Shown one piece after another: positions 54,152 through 64,000 of a stretch of DNA of 64,000 bases. The stretch is from Clostridia bacterium (GTDB lineage: Bacteria; Bacillota; Clostridia; UMGS1810), in the NCBI GenBank assembly GCA_045544515.1, contig JAZPZD010000015.1:32557-96556 (forward strand). The letters run 5' to 3'. A program made the translations under genes and the position numbers. The notes under the pieces are model-generated. The model had not been told where the DNA came from, did not search any database, and saw only the letters and a program-made list of their open reading frames with translations. How positions within the stretch are numbered: the stretch's first letter is position 1; the number at the start of each line of letters is the position of its first letter.

Positions 54152-56060
54152 CAAAGCAATATTTTTGTCCGACATCAAAAGATACTGGTGGCTTTGCCTT
54201 GCAAATACACTTCTTATCATTCTTTGCTGTGTTGTTCCTGTATATGATACATGTGTAAACCATCCCTTTTACTCATACGGAGCCAAACCCACCTGGATGG
54301 GACTTGGCATTGTTATAAACATAGTCTTTGCCTTGGGAACCGGCACAATACTGCTTTCGTATATGCACTTTAACAGCTCGGTTTCCACAATGCACTCTCT
54401 GCCCGTTAAACGAAGTGCAATATATGTAACCAAGATGCTCACCGCACTTTTGTTTATTATCGTGCCGATTGCAGTTTCGTCAGTTCTATTTATATTTATT
54501 ACATCGTACGGACACTTTGGTGTTTGCGACATCCTCAAATGGCTCTATCAGGGAATAGTGTATGCACTTTTGATACTCTCTCTTACTGCGATTGTAAATA
54601 TGATGACAGGAAACCCCATAGGCACAATAGTATTTACGGTAGGCTTTGCACTTGTGCCGATTGTTTTAATCGCCCTTTTGGACACGGTGTTTTCGGGAGA
54701 GGTATACGGGTATTTCGGAAGAATTGACAATTTTGCACAGTATATCTACATAGGCGAAAACGGGCTTTTGACCAAAGAGTACGGATTTATATACCCCATA
54801 CTATCCATTGCATTTTTGGCGGGTGCATACCTGCTATATAAGTTCAGAAAGAGCGAAAAACACAGCGAGGTGATTTCTTTCAAATTCCTTGTACCGCTTT
54901 TTATCGGTATAATCTCTTCCGTTGCAAGCGGAATGAGTTTTGTGTACTTTAGTGAATTTCTCGGTATTCACAGCATTTTTACAATTATCCCCTTTGGTGT
55001 TTTGGGCACGCTCGTGGCTTTTATGGTGTACAAAAAATCCGTTTCGCTAAAGGGAACATTAAGACCTGTAGCTATTTACCTTGTATGTATACTCTGCTTT
55101 ATAGGCTCTGTGAAATTTGACCTTACGGGATACGAAAGACGCCTGCCCCCGCTATCCGATATACAAAGCGTTTCCATAGAGCAGATAAAATACTCACCCT
55201 ATGACAATGTGCCCGAATTTACAAGTGAAAAGGACATACAAAATGTGCTCAAACTCCATCAGCATTGCATAGATATAAAAGAAGACAGTTCCAGAGGCTT
55301 TTCCGATGTGTATATGCCGATTTGCTATACGCTAAAAAACGGCAAGCAGATTTTCAGAAAATACGATCTGAACTACGAAACCGACGAGGCATTCTTAAAA
55401 CCTCTGTTTGAAACAAGAGAATACAGAATATCAAAATTTCCTCTCATAGACGGAAAGAAAAGAGACTTTACGCAGATAAGTATTTCGGACAGACGCTTTG
55501 CAAATGAAACATATTTGACCCTTTATCCCGACAACGAGGATATGGAAAAAATCCTCTCATCACTAAAAAAAGATATGTCCAATGCAACATATGAGGATTT
55601 GACACAAAGGCGTGGCATATCACCTGTAAGGATTTCTGTGTCGTGGAATGAGGAATTTAAAAACGAAAACACAGATACGGAGCCCAAGGTTGAAACCCGT
55701 TCTAATTCCGATACCTTCAGCGTGTATTCTTCGTATATAAACACTATTGATATTTTAAGCAAACTGGGTTACTATGACGCTGTTCCAAAGGTGAGCGACA
55801 TTGCGTTCCTGACCATATCTGTAAGGAGCACTATGGACGACAAGGAGGTCACATCCTGCGATGTGACTGACACCCGGGAGATATCTCAAATCTACAGTAT
55901 ATATGAGGATATGCTCTCGGGCAAGCACTACAGAGAGTACGGACAAAACACAATAGATGTGTATCTTACATACACTCTTAATAACTCTCATGTGTTTGAC
56001 ATTTCGTGCACATACGACCGCGAGGCACTGCCGAGTGAACTAAAAAAATATATTCAATAA
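54126..56060 (+). CDS. multi-TM membrane protein, putative permease partner of the ABC ATPase, with large C-terminal soluble domain
   Basis: 644 aa, about 8 hydrophobic helices in the first ~330 aa. Overlaps the ATPase gene's stop. Confidence 0.55.
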   Translation: MSLKTSLFNKAIFLSDIKRYWWLCLANTLLIILCCVVPVYDTCVNHPFYSYGAKPTWMGLGIVINIVFALGTGTILLSYMHFNSSVSTMHSLPVKRSAIYVTKMLTALLFIIVPIAVSSVLFIFITSYGHFGVCDILKWLYQGIVYALLILSLTAIVNMMTGNPIGTIVFTVGFALVPIVLIALLDTVFSGEVYGYFGRIDNFAQYIYIGENGLLTKEYGFIYPILSIAFLAGAYLLYKFRKSEKHSEVISFKFLVPLFIGIISSVASGMSFVYFSEFLGIHSIFTIIPFGVLGTLVAFMVYKKSVSLKGTLRPVAIYLVCILCFIGSVKFDLTGYERRLPPLSDIQSVSIEQIKYSPYDNVPEFTSEKDIQNVLKLHQHCIDIKEDSSRGFSDVYMPICYTLKNGKQIFRKYDLNYETDEAFLKPLFETREYRISKFPLIDGKKRDFTQISISDRRFANETYLTLYPDNEDMEKILSSLKKDMSNATYEDLTQRRGISPVRISVSWNEEFKNENTDTEPKVETRSNSDTFSVYSSYINTIDILSKLGYYDAVPKVSDIAFLTISVRSTMDDKEVTSCDVTDTREISQIYSIYEDMLSGKHYREYGQNTIDVYLTYTLNNSHVFDISCTYDREALPSELKKYIQ

Positions 56061-56100
56061 AAAATCGGGGCGATGAAATCATCGCCCCGATTGAACTTTT

Positions 56101-56346
56101 GGGGATAGGAAAATAAGATGCAGAATAAGCGAACTGAACCGAAGCAAGCGTGATTGCGAGGGGGACCCGACGGCGTACAAAGGTACGCCGAGAGGTGAAG
56201 TTCGTTTAGAGCTTATAGGCTAAAAATTCAAGAAAGCTGCAAAAATTGCAGCTTTCTACATAAATTTAGTGTTTTTCTGATGTTTTTAAACTGTAAGATG
56301 TCATAAGTCAAGCCTATAAGCGTTCTGCGCTTTATTTTACATCCCC
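56101..56346. repeat. nested inverted-repeat element interrupted by an 85-nt GC-rich insert
   Basis: Left arm GGGGATAGGAAAATAAGATGCAGAA + GCTTATAGGCT pairs with right arm AGCCTATAAGCGTTCTGCGCTTTATTTTACATCCCC. There is a central hairpin at 56231-56257. The insert at 56126-56210 has its own terminal inverted repeats. Confidence 0.5.
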
Positions 56347-56350
56347 AATT

Positions 56351-56506
56351 TTATTCTTCATCAAATGCGTCTTTACCCAGACCGCAAGTCGGGCATACCC
56401 AATCCTCGGGTACATCCTCCCATGCTGTGCCGGGAGCTACGCCGTTGTCGGGGTCACCTAACGCCTCGTCATAAACATAACCGCAAGGGCAAACATATTT
56501 TTTCAT
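56351..56506 (-). CDS. rubredoxin
   Basis: Below the ORF-track cutoff. [51 protein letters not shown] has two CxxCG knuckles, with a GGAGG RBS. Confidence 0.85.
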   Translation of the reverse strand: MKKYVCPCGYVYDEALGDPDNGVAPGTAWEDVPEDWVCPTCGLGKDAFDEE

Positions 56507-56556
56507 AACTAAAAACCTCCTTTTTATAATATATTAACCATAAATCCAAAAATTAT

Positions 56557-57300
56557 TTAAAGCAGTTTTGCAAGAAAGCTCTGAAGTCTTTCGCTTTTTG
56601 GCGACTGAAAGATTTCGTCAGGGGTGCCCCTCTCTATTATTTGTCCGCCGTCCATAAACACAACCTCGTCTGCAACCTCTCTGGCAAAACCCATCTCGTG
56701 AGTTACCACAATCATTGTCATACCCTCTTTGGCAAGCTCTTTCATAACATCAAGAACCTCGCCGACCATTTCGGGATCGAGTGCCGATGTTGGCTCGTCA
56801 AAGAGCATAACCTCGGGAGCCATACAAAGTGCCCGAACAATAGCTACTCTCTGCTTTTGTCCGCCCGAAAGCTGTGCAGGATAGGCATCAGCTCTGTCTG
56901 CAAGACCTACTCTTTCAAGTAGTTCCATAGCTTTCTTTTCGGCTTCTTCCTTGGATATTTTGAGAAGCTTTACTGGAGCTATTGTAAGGTTTTTAAGTAT
57001 TGTCATATGCGGAAAGAGATTAAACTGCTGGAAAACCATCCCCATTTTTCTACGCATAAGGTTGATATCCGTCTTTGCAGCCAAAATGTCTGTGCCTTCC
57101 AGAAGGATGTGTCCTTCGGTGGGTTCCTCCAAGAGATTGAGCGAGCGAAGAAGTGTGGATTTTCCGCTACCCGATGGGCCGATTATTACCACAACTCTGC
57201 CCTTTTGGAACTCTATGGAAACATCGTCTAACGCTTTTACACTGCCGTCCAAATAATGTTTCTTTAAATTCTGTACACTTATAAGAGAATTATCTTTCAT
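56557..57300 (-). CDS. polar amino-acid ABC transporter ATP-binding protein (GlnQ-like)
   Basis: Start [46 protein letters not shown]. Confidence 0.9.
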   Translation of the reverse strand: MKDNSLISVQNLKKHYLDGSVKALDDVSIEFQKGRVVVIIGPSGSGKSTLLRSLNLLEEPTEGHILLEGTDILAAKTDINLMRRKMGMVFQQFNLFPHMTILKNLTIAPVKLLKISKEEAEKKAMELLERVGLADRADAYPAQLSGGQKQRVAIVRALCMAPEVMLFDEPTSALDPEMVGEVLDVMKELAKEGMTMIVVTHEMGFAREVADEVVFMDGGQIIERGTPDEIFQSPKSERLQSFLAKLL

Positions 57301-58675
57301 TGTTTCTAAGTCTCCTTTCAAGTATACCGACCAGTCTGGAAAGACCCAGTACCATAATAAGATAAATAACAGCCACTGCCACAAGCGGCATAAACGGACT
57401 GTATGTTGCCGAACGGATTGCATTACCTGCATACATAAGGTCGCCCAGACCTATGTAGAAAGCAACCGAGGTTTCCTTTAACAGTACGACAAATTCGTTG
57501 GCAAGTGCGGGCAGTACCGCCTTGAATGCTTGCGGAAATACTATGTACATCATAGTCTGCATATAGTTAAAGCCAAGGCTTCTGCCTGCCTCTATCTGTC
57601 CGTCGTCTACGCTCATAATTCCGCCTCGGACAATCTCGGCAACATATGCACCCGAGTTAAGACCAAAGCACACAACCGCCGACAAAAACTTGTCCACGCC
57701 AAGCGGCATAAATATAACAAAGTAGATAATCATTATCTGCACAACGGCAGGCGTTCCTCTGATTACTGTGAGATAAATCTGTGCAACAGAGTTAAAAAAC
57801 TTAAGAACGATGCCGTGCTTGGTGGTTTTTAAATATGTGCAGCGTACAAACGCCACAAGAAAGCCCAGGATTATACCGATAATAAGAGCACAGAAGGTGA
57901 GCTTTATCGTAACCCACAGACCTTTGAAGATGGTTTTCCATCTGTCGTGCTTTAAAAAGTTTATCTCAAAGTCCTTTTTGATGCTGTTGTATATCTTGGC
58001 AATACCCTCCTTGGTTTCGGGTTTTTGGGTGCTTATGCGTGCCTCAAAGCATTCCACAAAGCCCTTGTTTACATTAGTGGAGAGAATGTCTTTTTCTTCT
58101 GTTTTGCCATCGGGGGTAGTTACGGTTATCTTCTTTATCTTCTTTACTTCTTCTTTGATATCCGTTATACCGCCGTATACCGCATTTACCGCCTCATCGG
58201 AGGTGTATATTTTAAATCCGTCCTTGGTTTCGTAGATAACCAGATTGACATTTTTGGTAATCTTTTTAGCATATTCAAGAGAGCTTACAATCTGCTGTTC
58301 AAACTCCATCTTAAAATCAAGCGACGACTTAAACATTGTGCCGTTCTTTTTCTTAACATCAGCAGCAAGATATGTATTGTACGAGGGCGAAACTGTTCCG
58401 TAAACATCAAGAGTTTCCACAAGACAGTTTAGGGTAATGTCCTTTTCGTCGCCATACGACATATCCGTTACTTTTATTTGGTTGTTATCGGCGATATATT
58501 TTAGCGTATTGGTAACTGCAATGGCGTCGAAACCCGAATTTACTATTTTCTCTGCCTCGCTTTGCGAAATTTCGCCCGCATATGTTGAAGTGCGGATTTC
58601 GTATACACAACCCAAAACAACTATCGCCGCAATAAAGACTGCTATAATACTATATATCAGCTTCTTTTTGTTCAT
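57290..58675 (-). CDS. polar amino-acid ABC permease (HisM/GlnP type) with ~230-aa N-terminal extracytoplasmic extension
   Basis: The C-terminal half has the EAA-type permease core (...[20 protein letters not shown]...). The N-terminus is a TM anchor plus an unknown domain. Confidence 0.8.
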   Translation of the reverse strand: MNKKKLIYSIIAVFIAAIVVLGCVYEIRTSTYAGEISQSEAEKIVNSGFDAIAVTNTLKYIADNNQIKVTDMSYGDEKDITLNCLVETLDVYGTVSPSYNTYLAADVKKKNGTMFKSSLDFKMEFEQQIVSSLEYAKKITKNVNLVIYETKDGFKIYTSDEAVNAVYGGITDIKEEVKKIKKITVTTPDGKTEEKDILSTNVNKGFVECFEARISTQKPETKEGIAKIYNSIKKDFEINFLKHDRWKTIFKGLWVTIKLTFCALIIGIILGFLVAFVRCTYLKTTKHGIVLKFFNSVAQIYLTVIRGTPAVVQIMIIYFVIFMPLGVDKFLSAVVCFGLNSGAYVAEIVRGGIMSVDDGQIEAGRSLGFNYMQTMMYIVFPQAFKAVLPALANEFVVLLKETSVAFYIGLGDLMYAGNAIRSATYSPFMPLVAVAVIYLIMVLGLSRLVGILERRLRNNER

Positions 58676-58767
58676 TTCTTCACAATCCTTTGAAATTTCT
58701 TACAATAAAATATACTGCAAGAACAGTATAACTATCCTTGCAGCATAATTTGTATAGTTTAAAAAAA

Positions 58768-59526
58768 TTATTCAGCCTTGATGTACTCGGCAATGATTTC
58801 GTCTATTTTGCCCGCTGCTGTAAGCTTTTCTAAAGCTGCATTGATTTTGTCAAGAAGCTCTGTGTTCTCCTTGGAAATAGCTATTGCATAGTCTTCTATA
58901 GCATATTCTGTGTCGAGAATTACAAGACCTTCGTTGTCTTTTACAAATGCCTTTGCAGGTTCATTGTCGATGATAACTGCATCAACATCTCCGCCCTTTA
59001 ATGCGATAACTGCGTCTGCACCCTTGGAGTAGCTTATAACATTGTCCTCGCCGTAGTCGTCTTTGGAATAGATATCGCCTGTTGTTCCGAGCTGTGTACC
59101 GATCTTCTTGCCTTCTAAATCATCAAGAGATTTGATATCGGAATCTTCATTAACGATAACAACCTGCACACCTGTAGCATAGCTGGAGGTAAAGTCTACC
59201 TCTTCCTTACGCTCGTCGGTAACTGTCATACCAGCCATACCAAAGTCAACCTCACCCTTCTGAACAGAAGTGATGATAGAATCAAATTCCATGTCAACTA
59301 TTTCGAGTTTTGCACCGATTTCTTCTGCTATTGCACCTGCAATGTCAACATCGATACCCTTGAATTCTTCGCCCTCTTTGTATTCATATGGAGGGAAAGC
59401 TGCATTTGTACCCATTTTGATTACAACTTCTTCCTCGGCTGTGTCCTTTTCACCGCAGGAGGTTAAAACTGCAGCACAGGATAATACAAGTGCAAAAACT
59501 AAAACCAATGATAATAACTTTTTCAT
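58768..59526 (-). CDS. amino-acid ABC substrate-binding lipoprotein (SBP_bac_3)
   Basis: Start MKKLLSLVLVFALVLSCAAVLTSC (lipobox). Contains ...GTNAAFPPYEY...GIDVDIA... Confidence 0.85.
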   Translation of the reverse strand: MKKLLSLVLVFALVLSCAAVLTSCGEKDTAEEEVVIKMGTNAAFPPYEYKEGEEFKGIDVDIAGAIAEEIGAKLEIVDMEFDSIITSVQKGEVDFGMAGMTVTDERKEEVDFTSSYATGVQVVIVNEDSDIKSLDDLEGKKIGTQLGTTGDIYSKDDYGEDNVISYSKGADAVIALKGGDVDAVIIDNEPAKAFVKDNEGLVILDTEYAIEDYAIAISKENTELLDKINAALEKLTAAGKIDEIIAEYIKAE

Positions 59527-59694
59527 TTTCTTATCTCCTTTTTTAATATATTGCATAAATACTATGCATAAATTTCTATTTGAATTATATCCCAATTAAT
59601 CCCTTTTGTCAACTGTTTGAGTGATTTAGGCATTACTTTTTGCATTTTATGTATAAAAACAGTGCATAAAAATGTTTTTATGCACTGTTTTTAA

Positions 59695-61080
59695 TTAATC
59701 GGGAATTTCTTCGCCAAGAACTATTGTTATTTTCTTATTCTGACCTTGTCTGTAAATCTCAAGCTCAAACTTGTCACCGGGCTGGTGTTTATTCTTTATC
59801 TCATTGATTTCTTCTACTGTTGCAACCTTTTTGCCATCACATTTTACTATGATATCGCCAATCTTGACACCGCCCATATATGCGGGGGAGTCGGGTGTCA
59901 TACTGGAAACATACACACCCACAACAAGATTGTACGCCTTGGCGTCCTCTTCGGTTACAGCTCTTCCGCCGATACCGATTACAGGTCTGCCTGTTACATA
60001 ACCTCGGTCTATAAGGTCGGAAATTATCGGTTTTGCCTCGTCTATGGGGATAGCAAATCCAAGACCTTCAAGAGTTGACGAAGAAATCTTTGCGGTGTTT
60101 ATTCCTATAAGGTGTCCGTAGGCATTAACCAGTGCACCGCCCGAATTACCAGGGTTAATTGCAGCATCGGTCTGTATGAGGTTGAGCTGCTTTTCTTCTA
60201 TGGTAACACTTCTGTTAAGACCGCTTATTATACCCTGAGTGGTAGTGCCTGCAAATTCCTGACCCAGAGGGTTTCCTATTGCAATGGCGGTATCTCCTAC
60301 TCTTAATTCCGAGCTTTTGCCCATCTGTGCAAAGGTAAGCCCCTCTGCCTCTATCTTTAAAACTGCAAGGTCTGTTCTCGAATCTGTACCGATGAGCCTT
60401 GCCTTGTATTCCTCGTTGGTGTTTAAGATGACAATTATCTCATTTGCACCTTCTACAACATGGTTGTTGGTAACGACATAGCCGTCCTTGCTTATTATTA
60501 CGCCCGAGCCGCTGCTCTTCTCCACCTCGGAGCCCGAACCGCCGCCGTAAAACCCAAAGCCAAAACCGTAGGGGTTAGTAGTCACCTTTGCCTTGTTTAT
60601 AATTCCTACAACAGCAGGGCCCACCTTGTCTACAATCTCGGGTGTGGAAAGTGCATCTGCCTTGGAAGATGCAACTATTGCATTGGCAACAACCTTGCTG
60701 CCCTTGGTTTCCTTTTGGGGCTGTTTTGCGTCATTGTCATTTTTTATATTAGACGAAATATAGTTGGCAAGCCTCGGAACATATACCGTACCCGAAACGG
60801 ATACCGCTGCAGTAAGTACGATTGCAAGCACAAAAGCATATACAGGGATATGTCTTTTTTTCTTCTGCTTTATGTTGGTATTATAGAATGTAGTTGTCTG
60901 CGAGCAGCCGCCATTATCAGAAAAATCTCCATAGGAGTTTCCCGATGTGTTATAGTCTGCGGTGCTCTCATATACACCGTCGGTATCGTTATATGAAAAG
61001 CTCTCGTTTTCCTGTGTCTTTGCACGGTCACTTTCTATGTTGTTTTCAAAATCGTCTTTGAACCATTTGTAATCGTCCAT
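59695..61080 (-). CDS. htrA: HtrA/DegP-family serine protease with PDZ domain
   Basis: TM anchor, TNNHV, TDAAINPGNSGGAL, and a C-terminal PDZ domain. Confidence 0.9.
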   Translation of the reverse strand: MDDYKWFKDDFENNIESDRAKTQENESFSYNDTDGVYESTADYNTSGNSYGDFSDNGGCSQTTTFYNTNIKQKKKRHIPVYAFVLAIVLTAAVSVSGTVYVPRLANYISSNIKNDNDAKQPQKETKGSKVVANAIVASSKADALSTPEIVDKVGPAVVGIINKAKVTTNPYGFGFGFYGGGSGSEVEKSSGSGVIISKDGYVVTNNHVVEGANEIIVILNTNEEYKARLIGTDSRTDLAVLKIEAEGLTFAQMGKSSELRVGDTAIAIGNPLGQEFAGTTTQGIISGLNRSVTIEEKQLNLIQTDAAINPGNSGGALVNAYGHLIGINTAKISSSTLEGLGFAIPIDEAKPIISDLIDRGYVTGRPVIGIGGRAVTEEDAKAYNLVVGVYVSSMTPDSPAYMGGVKIGDIIVKCDGKKVATVEEINEIKNKHQPGDKFELEIYRQGQNKKITIVLGEEIPD

Positions 61081-61158
61081 AATAAGACCTCCTTACATCT
61101 CTGTTAATTACATACTACCACACTAATTTGAATAAACTGTGAATAAAATGTGAAAAGT

Positions 61159-62580
61159 TTAGAAAACTGATTTTTTTAGTGTAAACACAAAGCGGGTGTA
61201 CTCGTCGGGTTTGCTCTGTACGGTTATCTTTTCGCTGTGCATATGAATAATACGCTTTACTATATAAAGTCCCAGTCCCATACCAGTGCGGTCTTCACTT
61301 CGGGATTTGTCCGCTTTGTAAAATCTGTCCCATATAAACTGCATTTCTTCGGGATTTATTCCCTTGCCCGTATTGGTAACAGAGATTACGGCTTTTTCCT
61401 TTTTGTCCTCAATATCCACAGAGATTTTTCCGCCACTTGGCGTAAACTTAACGGCGTTGTTGATAAGATTGATAAGCACCTGCGTTATCATATCCTTGTC
61501 CGCGTTTACCATTATTCTGTCGGCATCCATATTTACGGATACATCAATGTCCTTGGGGGTAATCATCATTTCGAATTTCAACAGTGCAAGGCGCACAAGC
61601 TCATTTATGTCAAAATCCGTCTTTTCCGCCTTTGCTTCACCGCTTTCCATACGGGAAACCTGCAAAAGATTGGTTATAAGCCGCGACAGCCTCTTGGACT
61701 CGGACAGCACTACCTCCAGATATTCGTCTTTTGCATCATCGGGGATTGTGCCGTCTATAATCCCCTCGACAAAGCCCGATATCGTGGTAAGCGGTGTTCT
61801 TAATTCGTGCGATACATCGGATATAAAGCCTTGTCTTAAACGCTCCAGATTGTCGAGTGAAGATGCCATATTGTTGATGTTCTGTGCAAGCTCACCCAAC
61901 TCGTTATTAACCGAATATTCCACTCTTTTTTTGAAATTGCCCTTGGAAAACTCCGTAACCGCCATGCTGATTGACTTGATGGGATTGGTAATTCTTAAGG
62001 ACAGCATATAAAACAGTGCCGCCGCAAAAACAGTGGACAAAATAACGATAATTATCATCTTGTTTGCCAAAAAAGCATACATACTTCGTATTTCGGGCAC
62101 AAGCTGATTGAACATTACACCGCCGAAAACCTCTCCGCCGTACATAAGCGGTGCACCGACAGTTAAAATCTTTTCGCCTTTTTCGCTTATATAAATATCT
62201 GTTGCAACGATATTTTTCCCTTTCAAAACAGGTTTAGTCACCTTTTCGTTTGTTCTCTCAAAGGAATTTTTGGGAGTGTCGGGAGAGGTGTCTGCAACCA
62301 CAAAGCCGTTGCCGTCAAAGACCGTAACCATCGATTGAGTATTGTAACTCACGGTGTCTATCATACTCTGAAACATAAAATCCGTAGCATCGCTCTGGTT
62401 TATAAGTGCATAATGCGTAACTTCCTCAATTTCCGACACATTGCGGGTAAGCATCTTAACTTTTTCGTTTACGGCTATTCTCTCTAAATATGTGGTAAAA
62501 TACACCGTAAAAAATATAAGCGTAAGTCCCACCACAAGAAAGCTCCCTATGACAAGATTGCCGAATATACTTTTTTTCAA
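61159..62580 (-). CDS. sensor histidine kinase (HAMP-HisKA-HATPase)
   Basis: FISDVSHELRTPLT H-box and the N/G boxes NLINNAVKF...GMGLGLYIV. Confidence 0.9.
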   Translation of the reverse strand: MKKSIFGNLVIGSFLVVGLTLIFFTVYFTTYLERIAVNEKVKMLTRNVSEIEEVTHYALINQSDATDFMFQSMIDTVSYNTQSMVTVFDGNGFVVADTSPDTPKNSFERTNEKVTKPVLKGKNIVATDIYISEKGEKILTVGAPLMYGGEVFGGVMFNQLVPEIRSMYAFLANKMIIIVILSTVFAAALFYMLSLRITNPIKSISMAVTEFSKGNFKKRVEYSVNNELGELAQNINNMASSLDNLERLRQGFISDVSHELRTPLTTISGFVEGIIDGTIPDDAKDEYLEVVLSESKRLSRLITNLLQVSRMESGEAKAEKTDFDINELVRLALLKFEMMITPKDIDVSVNMDADRIMVNADKDMITQVLINLINNAVKFTPSGGKISVDIEDKKEKAVISVTNTGKGINPEEMQFIWDRFYKADKSRSEDRTGMGLGLYIVKRIIHMHSEKITVQSKPDEYTRFVFTLKKSVF

Positions 62581-62581
62581 A

Positions 62582-63268
62582 TTATTTCACCTCAAATTTG
62601 TACCCTACGCCCCAAACGGTCTTGAGCGACCAGGTATCGCTTACACCCTCGACCTTTTCTCTTAACCTTTTTACATGAACATCCACAGTACGCGAGTCGC
62701 CAAAATACTCATATCCCCACACCTCGTCCAAAAGCTGATCGCGGGTAAACACCTTGTTGGGATGAGAGCACAAATAATGCAAAAGTTCCAATTCCTTTGG
62801 CGGAATTTCGGTCACTTTGCCGTCGATTTTGAGTTCGTATGTACTCATATTTATAGACAGCTTGTCAAAGGTTATTTCGTCGTCCTGGATATCATCAGCC
62901 TCAAAGCGTCTCAAAACCGCCCTCAATCTTGCGATTAGCTCCTTTGGTTCAAACGGCTTTACGACATAGTCGTCTGCACCCAGCTCCAGACCTACTATCT
63001 TGTCTATGGTTTCGCCCTTGGCAGAGAGCATTATCACAGGTGTTTTGCTGTTTTGACGGATTTTTTTCAAAACCTCTATTCCATCGAGTTCGGGCAGCAT
63101 AATGTCAAGAATTACTGCACAGGGCTTTGCCTCTTCTATTACGGCAAGAGCCGTTTTGCCTGTAAATGCACACTTTACCTCAAAGCCTTCCTTAACAAGA
63201 TAAAGTCTTACAAGCTCGCATATATTTTTGTCATCATCTACAATTACAACAGTATTATTAACACTCAT
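62582..63268 (-). CDS. OmpR-family response regulator
   Basis: Start MSVNNTVVIVDDD, ...ILDIMLPELDG..., and a C-terminal winged helix ...TVWGVGYKF. Confidence 0.9.
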   Translation of the reverse strand: MSVNNTVVIVDDDKNICELVRLYLVKEGFEVKCAFTGKTALAVIEEAKPCAVILDIMLPELDGIEVLKKIRQNSKTPVIMLSAKGETIDKIVGLELGADDYVVKPFEPKELIARLRAVLRRFEADDIQDDEITFDKLSINMSTYELKIDGKVTEIPPKELELLHYLCSHPNKVFTRDQLLDEVWGYEYFGDSRTVDVHVKRLREKVEGVSDTWSLKTVWGVGYKFEVK

Positions 63269-64000
63269 TTTTCGCCGCCTCCTTTTCTTCGGATTTACCA
63301 GCATTTATCAGATTAATTACTATAATAGCTGCCACAGGGCCGAGTATCATACCTATGATGCCTATCAGCTTTAGCCCTATATACATCGACATAAGAGTTA
63401 CCAGAGGGTGTATGCCAAGCTGTCCGCTAAGAACCCTCGGCTCCAGAAACTGCCTTGTAAGAAAGACCACACCGTATATGGCAAAAAGTCCTATCGCCCT
63501 TGCGTAGTCGCCTGATATAAGGCAAACAACTGCCCAAGGGTTTAATATTATACCTGTGCCCAGAACGGGTATGGCATCCAAAAAGCCGATTATCAGTGCA
63601 AGCAAAAACGCAGTTCTTATATCCAATACAATAAACCCTGCCAGAAGTATACAAAATACCACACACATTATGATAAGCTGGGCTTTTATATATCCGCCGC
63701 ACGCCTTGGAAAAGCTATCCTTGGCACTTTTGATATACAAAAGTTTGTCCGAGGGGATAAACCTCTTTAATTCCTTTTTAAAGCCCTTGCTGTCATAGCT
63801 TATAAAGTAAACCGCCAGTATAAATACGATTGTAAATACTATTGCTCCGGGCACCTTTCCTGCAGCTCCGCCTATCTTTGACACTGCGGATTTAATAGCG
63901 GGCATAAGTATTCCCGCGGTGTCCTTGCCAAGAGCATCTGCAAACCTTACGGCATAGCCTCTTACCGCTTTTGGCAGAGTGTCTATCATATCCCATACAA
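63258..64000 (-). CDS. AI-2E/PerM-family (YtvI-like) membrane transporter, C-terminal part; runs off the window end
   Basis: The reading frame stays open upstream of the ORF-track Met to position 64000. Contains ...LEPRVLSGQLGIHPLVTLMSMYIGLKLIGIIGMILGP... Confidence 0.75.
   Translation of the reverse strand, partial: VWDMIDTLPKAVRGYAVRFADALGKDTAGILMPAIKSAVSKIGGAAGKVPGAIVFTIVFILAVYFISYDSKGFKKELKRFIPSDKLLYIKSAKDSFSKACGGYIKAQLIIMCVVFCILLAGFIVLDIRTAFLLALIIGFLDAIPVLGTGIILNPWAVVCLISGDYARAIGLFAIYGVVFLTRQFLEPRVLSGQLGIHPLVTLMSMYIGLKLIGIIGMILGPVAAIIVINLINAGKSEEKEAAKNEC

Noticed and set aside
56126-56210. Resemblance of GCGAGGGGGACCCGA-hairpin-AGAGGTGAAG to the 5' half of the ydaO (c-di-AMP) riboswitch
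   Set aside because: Only about half of the motif is present and the 3' half (ACCCG...CUAACC...GUAAGCG) is missing. The segment also sits between two convergent gene ends with no downstream gene to regulate.

Overview
Chromosomal segment of a spore-forming, low-GC Firmicute, class Clostridia. The genes suggest an Oscillospiraceae/Ruminococcus-like gut or rumen anaerobe. The evidence is yunB, spoVG, spoVAC/AD/AE, the yabO-yabP-yabQ-divIC-yabR block, SLH/S-layer proteins and ferredoxin-linked oxidoreductases. Most of the window is core housekeeping: trmR plus a U32 peptidase, acpS-alr-mazEF, murC, mscL, mgsA, tmcAL, secG, five tRNA/tmRNA genes, transporters, a cell-wall O-acetylation cluster, and a response regulator / histidine kinase / HtrA operon. 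All RNA elements and repeats were read by eye, with no covariance models or database searches. Main observations: (1) Two full-length T-box leaders sit on the minus strand, and each gates an AMP-forming acyl-CoA ligase. One has a UAC (Tyr) specifier and precedes an SSS symporter / CoA ligase / iorA / iorB operon. The other has a probable AUC (Ile) specifier and precedes an HTH-cupin::acyl-CoA-synthetase fusion. I read these as amino-acid-starvation-gated modules that salvage organic acids into amino acids by reductive carboxylation. (2) A 3.3 kb low-GC islet is inserted at the 3' end of ssrA. It is bounded by a 15-bp direct repeat, and the presumed native ssrA terminator is displaced to its far side. 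It carries an uncharacterised 362-aa protein plus an AlbA_2/HATPase/wHTH protein and has no integrase. (3) An IS1595-family element with a passenger gene and 8-bp target-site duplications is inserted exactly at the mscL stop codon. (4) A scar behind tRNA-fMet contains a decayed tRNA 3' half, a duplicated terminator and GC-rich hairpins. (5) A nested inverted-repeat element carries a GC-rich insert. (6) Also present are a tandem glycine riboswitch, an AcpS::NnrD fusion, and a COG0523 GTPase pair with a triplicated His/Cys-rich repeat. I saw no CRISPR array, rRNA, integrase or prophage.
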